Below are positions 26,582-32,000 of a DNA stretch of 32,000 bases, piece by piece (the first letter of the stretch is position 1; each line of letters starts with the position of its first letter). The translations under genes were made by a program, and so were the position numbers. The notes beneath the pieces are model-generated. The model was not told the DNA's origin and searched no databases. It saw only the letters and a list, made by a program, of their open reading frames with translations. Source of the stretch: Aquifex aeolicus VF5 (GTDB taxonomy: Bacteria; Aquificota; Aquificia; Aquificales; Aquificaceae); contig NC_000918.1 in NCBI RefSeq assembly GCF_000008625.1, forward strand, positions 990,001 through 1,022,000, read 5' to 3'.

Positions 26582-26884
26582 ATGCCTGCGGATCCGAGAA
26601 ACGCCGGAAAGGACAAAGGAAATCTTCAGATGGAGCTCCAGAACTTGCTCACTTCCGCAAGAATAAGGAAGATGGAGTACGAAGCAATAGTGGAAGAGCT
26701 TGAGGAAGACGAGCTCAAATACGACCTCTTTGAGTACCAAGACTACCTTGAAAATTACATTATGCCCTACGTTGAAAGAGCTTACAAAAACGGCAGTAAA
26801 GAACTGATAGGAATGGCGGAGGAAGTAAAGAGTATATTTGAAGAAATTATTGATATGATAAAGGCGAGAATAGAAAAGAAGTGA
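26582..26884 (+). CDS. Conserved-looking small helical protein of unknown function
   Basis: 100-aa ORF filling the gap, with a GTGA stop/start overlap with lpxB. Confidence 0.65.
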
Positions 26885-27951
26885 AAAAGATATTCCTCTC
26901 TTTAGCGGATCGCTCTGCCTCCAATTACGTGTATGAAATACTTAAGGAAGGCTTTGAGGAGTACGAAATCTACGGACTTACTGACGAAAAACTGGAAAAA
27001 ATAGGCGTAAAAAGTGTGGCAAGGTATTCTGAAATATCCACGGTAGGACTGATAGAAGCGCTTCCAAAAGTATTTAAATTCTTAAAAATTTACAGAAAAA
27101 TCCTTAAAAACTTAAAAAATACTGACACCCTAATAGCATGCGATGCTCCGGCCCTTAACTTAAGGCTTATAAAAGATGCGAGAAAACTCGGAGTAAAGCG
27201 GATTATTTACTTCATATCTCCTCAAGTGTGGGCTTGGAAGCCAAAAAGAGCGGAGATTATAGCCAATTACTGCGATCACGTAATAGTAATCCTCCCGTTT
27301 GAAAAAAAGATTTATAGAAAATTCCCGAACTTGAAAGTTCACTACGTAGGACACCCCCTAGTGGATTTGGTAAAACCTCAAAAAACAAAAGAAGAATTTA
27401 TGAAAGCTTTCAAAAAAGAGCCACTGCCCCTACTTCTCGGAAGCAGGGAAGGTGAAATAAGGAGACATGTTAAATTATTAAAGGGAATAATTGAAGAATT
27501 AAAAAAGAGTTTTGACGTAATTTCTCCGACTTTTAGAGAATTTTCAAAGTTTATTGAGAGAGAACTTAAAGTGAAAACCCTTACGTACGAAGGGGCTTCT
27601 TACGACTGCTTCTTTTACTCAAAAGCCTCACTAATAGCCTCGGGAACAGCTTCCTTAGAGGCGGGAATTGCGGGAAACCCTCACGTGGTTTATTACAAGG
27701 TAAACCCGATTACCTACTTTCTTGGGAAAAGACTTGTAAAAGTTCCCTACATAAGTTTAGTAAACATACTTTTAAAGGAAGAAGTAGTTCCAGAGTTTAT
27801 CCAAAAAAGTTCAGATGAGATACTGAAAGGTTTTGAAAAGGTTTACAAAAACGAAGAAGAAATTAAGGAAAAACTTGGAACGTTGAAGTTTATCCTCGGT
27901 GAGAGGTTCGTTATAAGGAAGCTCAGGGAGTTGTTCTTGGAAATAGTATAG
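26881..27951 (+). CDS. lpxB: Lipid-A-disaccharide synthase
   Basis: '[37 protein letters not shown]', 'VGHPLVDL', 'GSREGEI', '[10 protein letters not shown]'. Confidence 0.93.
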
Positions 27952-27960
27952 TTTTAAAGT

Positions 27961-28590
27961 ATGCTCAGGTTTGAGGATTGGGAACTCGCGGTAGTTATAA
28001 TTCTCACGAGGTTTATGGAAGCAATAGCGATAATAATAAGCATATACCTCGCCTTTAACGGCTACAAGCTCAGGTATGTCCTTGCAACCGCAGGTGTATT
28101 CCTTTTGAGCGTGTTGATAAACTTAACGGGACTCATTTTCAGACCTTACTTTATTTACTTTTCCTTAGCGAGTATATTCCTGAGTGCGCTTATACTTACC
28201 GCTTTAATTCTTTACGTTAAAAAGAACCCGGAAAAGACTAAGAGTTTTTCCCTTCCGGAAAACGCCAGATGTCCGGTTTGTAATGTTCTAATCCTCAAAG
28301 AGGACGAGCTCTGTACCGCAAAAATTGGGAATTATACTTACTACTTTGATACGTGTCACCATCTGGTTCAGCTACTTAAGGAACCCGATTACTTCGTAGA
28401 AAGGGGAAACATTTTTAAAGGAGAACTAAAAGAAGTTTTCGTAAAAACTAAGGATACAAAAAAGTGGAAAAAATTCAGTGAAGTGAAACTCGTGGGAGAG
28501 GACGGAAGACTTGTCGCTTATGAAAACCCTCCGAAAGGAGCAAAGGTAATAAATCCGGAGGAAATTCTTAGAGAAAGTCCCTTAAGTTGA
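27961..28590 (+). CDS. Integral membrane protein with C-terminal Cys/His metal-binding-like domain (NosL/YHS-like?)
   Basis: Three N-terminal TM segments, then '[38 protein letters not shown]...VKTKDTKKW'. Confidence 0.6.
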
Positions 28591-29472
28591 ACGGGCCGGT
28601 ATTTTATCCTTTATAGCCTCGTATATCTTCAAAGTTGCGTCGGACTTGTTCAGAGTGTAGAAGTGAAGCCCCGGAACTCCGTGTTCTATGAGATCCAAAC
28701 ACTGATTTATGGCAAACTCAATCCCTATCTTTTTTACTTCTTCCGGTTTATCCTCCACTTTTTCAAGCTTTTCTATAAGACTCTGTGGAATCGTCGCTCC
28801 GCAAAGAGAAGCAAACTTTCTTATCTGTTTGAAGTTAGTAATAGGCATAATTCCCGGAATTATAGATATATCTATCCCTGCATTTTTGCACATTTCCACA
28901 AACCTGTAGTAGTAATCGTTCACGAAAAACATCTGAGTAATCGAGAAGTCTGCACCTGCCTCTACCTTTTCCTTAAAGTACTTCACTTCCCACTCGAGGT
29001 TCGGTGATTCCGGATGTCCTTCAGGATAAGAAGCCACTCCGATAGAAAACCAGTCTCCGAACTCCTTCCTGATCAGTTCTACGAGCTCTTTTGCATACTT
29101 GCACGCACCCTTCGGCGGTCTCCAGTCCGGTTTGTCCCTCGGAACGTCCCCCCTCAAAGCGAGAATGTTCTCTATACCTATGTTTTTGTAATCTTGAAGG
29201 ATATCAATAAGCTCCTCTCTCGTGTGTGCTATACAGGTGAGGTGTGCCATAACGGTGAGGTTAGTTTCCTCGTGTATTTTCTGTACTATATTCCTAGTTC
29301 TATCTCTAGTCGAACCACCTGCCCCGTAAGTAACGGATACAAAAGTAGGATTTAATTTCTCAAGTTTCCTTATAGTTTCAAAGAGCTGTCTTTCTCCCTC
29401 TTCAGTCTTCGGTGGAAAGAACTCAAAAGAAATACTGAAAACTCCTTTCCTCAGTATATCTCCTATTTTCAT
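28582..29472 (-). CDS. metF: 5,10-methylenetetrahydrofolate reductase
   Basis: '[45 protein letters not shown]', 'HLTC', 'ALRGD', 'ITQMFF'. Confidence 0.96.
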
Positions 29473-29540
29473 AAGGAAGTATTTTAAAGGTGGACTAAGA
29501 ATTTTTAAGAAATAAAATAAAAAGTGTAAAAAACTTTCAA

Positions 29541-29548
29541 GGGAGGTG
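29541..29548 (+). promoter_or_regulatory. Strong Shine-Dalgarno (GGGAGGTG) of the first pilin gene
   Basis: 'aagggaggtgtgccatgag': purine-rich SD 4 nt before ATG 29553, at the end of the 80-bp AT-rich spacer, one of the longest in the window. Confidence 0.7.
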
Positions 29549-29552
29549 TGCC

Positions 29553-29915
29553 ATGAGTCAAGTTACTCAATCTTTCAGAAAAAGTCTCAGCCTCAACAAA
29601 GGTTTTACCTTGATTGAACTCCTGATCGTCATCGCGATCATCGCAATCCTTGCAACCATGGCCATTCCCAAAATTCAGGAGTACAGAAGGGCTGCACTCA
29701 TAGGTAAGCTCACGAATAATGCGAGATTGTGCCTATCAGCATATGCACAACAAGAAGCTGTTAGTGGAGTAACCGGAGCTGTATCCGTTACCGCCAACGT
29801 ACCGCCGGGATGTACAGGAGACGCATCATCGTGTACATGCAGTGAAGGAGGTGTTTCTGTAACTTGTTCCGTACAAAACGATGGTAGTATAACCTGCAGT
29901 GAAAGTACTTCCTAA
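29553..29915 (+). CDS. Type IV pilin/pseudopilin, probably the major subunit
   Basis: Prepilin motif 'NKG|[31 protein letters not shown]'; Cys-rich C-terminal loop. Confidence 0.9.
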
Positions 29916-29984
29916 TCTGCTAGGTTGCACCCTTCTTTCTTTTTCCTCTTTTCTTTTAACCTTTATTTATATAGGATTTTTATC

Positions 29985-30344
29985 ATGCCAAAGGAGGGGG
30001 GATTTACTTTAGTAGAAGTTCTTGTAGCACTCATGATCGTTCTCGTACTGGCAGGACTCGCCATTCCACTTTACGAGATCACTTTTAAAAGAAACGCTAT
30101 GCGGGCAGTAGTTCTTAGCGATTTAAGACAATGTCTTTCTATTATCTCCGTACACATGAGTACCGGAGGGAACTCCCCTTCTGAAGTTTTGGGCGAGTGT
30201 CCTAAATCTGACTACACGCAGGAAATAAGACTTCTTTCGGATAACCCTATAACCATAGAAGCTGTAGGAAGGAGTGATGTGGGAGAGGTCAGGTGTACCT
30301 ATGACGGAAACACCGGAGAGATAAGCTGTGATAGTACTTTTTAA
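29985..30344 (+). CDS. Type IV pilin-like protein (start trimmed from 29925)
   Basis: 'MPKEGG|FTLVEVLVALMIVLVLAGLAIPLYE' and C-terminal Cys pair. Confidence 0.88.
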   Translation: MPKEGGFTLVEVLVALMIVLVLAGLAIPLYEITFKRNAMRAVVLSDLRQCLSIISVHMSTGGNSPSEVLGECPKSDYTQEIRLLSDNPITIEAVGRSDVGEVRCTYDGNTGEISCDSTF

Positions 30345-30765
30345 AAGGGGATTCACCCTTGTAGAACTTTTAATAGTAATAGGAATAATAGTTATTTTAA
30401 GTACAGTGGGGATTTTAAAATTCAGGGAGTGGTACGAAAACTACAAATACCTTGAGGAAGTATCAAAACTCGAATACTTGGTTAGGAGGGCTAAGGTAAT
30501 AGCCCTTGAGCGTTCTTCTTACGTAAAAGTGCGTGTTAATGGAAATAATTTAGTAATAGAAGATTGCGGAATAGACAACTCCTCCTGTACTCCCGTGGCT
30601 TCTTACAGATTTGAGTTTAACTTGGATTCGACCAGATCTGTGACTTTCAGTCCGAGGGGCTTGGCACATTCATGGGGAAGCTTCTGTATTTCAAAAGATG
30701 GAATGTCGTACAAGGTTATAGTAAACAGGGAAGGTATAAGGGTAGAAAAAGGAGGAACGTGTTGA
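30328..30765 (+). CDS. Minor pilin, FimT/GspH-like
   Basis: 'KRG|FTLVELLIVIGIIVILSTVGILKFREW', 'ARRAKVIALERSSYVKVRV', 'VTFSPRG'. GTG start. Confidence 0.85.
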   Translation: MIVLFKRGFTLVELLIVIGIIVILSTVGILKFREWYENYKYLEEVSKLEYLVRRAKVIALERSSYVKVRVNGNNLVIEDCGIDNSSCTPVASYRFEFNLDSTRSVTFSPRGLAHSWGSFCISKDGMSYKVIVNREGIRVEKGGTC

Positions 30766-31103
30766 AAAAAGGATTTACACTGATAGAGGTTCTCGTAGCA
30801 TTGCTCGTTTTTATAATCGGCGTGGGGAGTATATTCTACGTTTTTTCTAAATTTTCCGATTTAATGAGAAACAGGTTCGTAATTACGTGTGTGACCGAAG
30901 CCGCGTATTATGCATTGGATGCCTGTGCGGCGGGAGCGGCACCGCCCGGATCGTTGACGTGCGGAAATATAACAGTTGACATTAGTGTAAGCGGCTGTGA
31001 ACCTTCACCGGGAGCTTGCAGGAACGTTTCCGTAACCGCCTCTTACAATACTATTAGCTTTTCTTTAACTACGAAAAAGTGTGACTTAGGAGCTTCGCCA
31101 TGA
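30759..31103 (+). CDS. Minor pilin, PilV/GspI-like (GTG 30759 or TTG 30762 start)
   Basis: 'LKKG|FTLIEVLVALLVFIIGVGSIFYVF'. GGAGGA Shine-Dalgarno at 30751..30756. Confidence 0.82.
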   Translation: MLKKGFTLIEVLVALLVFIIGVGSIFYVFSKFSDLMRNRFVITCVTEAAYYALDACAAGAAPPGSLTCGNITVDISVSGCEPSPGACRNVSVTASYNTISFSLTTKKCDLGASP

Positions 31104-31930
31104 ACAGGGGAATGACGCTTATAGAATTACTCGTAGCTCTTGCACTTTCTATAATTCTCTCCCTTGGACTCTACTACTCTTTCCGTTATTCGGGAATATT
31201 TTTCTCTCAGGATAAAGCAATATCCGACCTGATAGAATACGCAAGAACTGCAGAGGAACAACTGAAGTTTTACTTCGACAGGTGGGGAAACGGTGTACCT
31301 GAGGGAGGTACTGATTGTACTTACTCATTTCCAAATGGATATCCCAAAAATAGATTCTGCATCATTAAAGGAAGTTCGGGTAATTGTGATGAGATAATTT
31401 TTTACGGAAACACACAAGGATTTTTGATAGTGCTGGATGAAAAAGATGAAGATGAATTTAACGCTTTAGCGTGTAGGATGACAAACGATGAAGACGATTA
31501 TTACTACATTTGGAAAGAAGATAAACCTGTGGATACAACAACCGGCAACAGAATAGGTGTAAGCGGAGGAGACTGTGGGATAAAAGGAATTATTCCTAAT
31601 GCGAGTGTAGCGAAAGAGATTAATACATTAGACAAAGGTACAGTTACTCTACAAACAGGGGATGCCATTATTCGGGTACCGAAGATTATCAAGATATATT
31701 GCAGTGAGACGAATGGAGAACTATATTTAAAGGTATCAGAACAAGAAGCTAATAAAGCTCCTGTAGAAAGTCCATTAGTCCCTGTAAAGGAAATGGAAGC
31801 GACGCTCCTGCCCGAGGGATGCGATCCGACAAACGGAGAATGTACAGCGGTAAGGTTTCGTATAACCTTCGTAAACAGAGTAGGCAACGAAGAATACACG
31901 CTTACGAAGGACATAGTTCTCGGGAGGTAA
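31100..31930 (+). CDS. Minor pilin, PilW/GspJ-like
   Basis: 'MNRG|MTLIELLVALALSIILSLGLYYSFRYSG'. ATGA overlap with the upstream gene. Confidence 0.85.
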   Translation: MNRGMTLIELLVALALSIILSLGLYYSFRYSGIFFSQDKAISDLIEYARTAEEQLKFYFDRWGNGVPEGGTDCTYSFPNGYPKNRFCIIKGSSGNCDEIIFYGNTQGFLIVLDEKDEDEFNALACRMTNDEDDYYYIWKEDKPVDTTTGNRIGVSGGDCGIKGIIPNASVAKEINTLDKGTVTLQTGDAIIRVPKIIKIYCSETNGELYLKVSEQEANKAPVESPLVPVKEMEATLLPEGCDPTNGECTAVRFRITFVNRVGNEEYTLTKDIVLGR

Positions 31931-31934
31931 TGAA

Positions 31935-32000
31935 ATGAAGGGTTTTTCTCTTGTAAACACTATAGTCGCCACATTTATATTTACAGCTGTTGGGTTTGCA
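31935..32000 (+). CDS. N-terminus of a further minor pilin-like protein (PilX/GspK-like?), truncated by the window edge
   Basis: 'MKG|FSLVNTIVATFIFTAVGFA' hydrophobic prepilin-like start, immediately after the PilW-like gene. Confidence 0.6.
   Translation, partial: MKGFSLVNTIVATFIFTAVGFA

Noticed and set aside
29473-29552. Searched the spacer upstream of the pilin genes for a sigma-54 (TGGCAC-N5-TTGC) promoter
   Set aside because: No convincing -24/-12 element by eye. The spacer is simply AT-rich with a strong Shine-Dalgarno.
1-32000. Looked for CRISPR repeats, tRNA/rRNA genes, IS elements and toxin-antitoxin or defence genes
   Set aside because: No regularly spaced direct repeats, no cloverleaf with GTTCRANNC in spacers, no transposase motifs, and no room for RNA genes because spacers are mostly under 60 bp.

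Overview
This 32 kb window is densely coding, with almost no intergenic space, and looks like Aquifex aeolicus-type chromosome (recalled from family content, not searched). I see no convincing tRNA, rRNA, CRISPR array or transposon. Confident genes are an AEC permease (5' truncated), archaeal-type ATP-dependent DNA ligase, leuD, trpB2, valS, a fur-family regulator, mobA, a MltD-like lipoprotein transglycosylase, a TusA-DUF3343 fusion, polX, pdxJ, hemW-like, lpxB, metF, and a run of at least six type IV pilin/minor pilin genes cut by the right edge. The most interesting region is 3014..13328, a complete but rearranged bacterial cellulose/beta-glucan (Bcs-type) synthesis and secretion locus. One strand carries a V4R-like small protein, BcsB-like, GH8 glycosidase, SPOR+TPR protein, a separate BcsC-type barrel ORF and a BcsQ-like ATPase. 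On the opposite strand, convergent with it, are a 59-aa ORF missing from the supplied track, BcsA with a PilZ domain, and a second SPOR-domain protein. The BcsC equivalent is split exactly inside the conserved first segment of the barrel domain by a -1 frame change at about 8501, and the barrel ORF has no signal peptide. This suggests frameshifting, a recent frameshift mutation, or a sequence error. The ValRS gene also carries two large insertions relative to ordinary ValRS.
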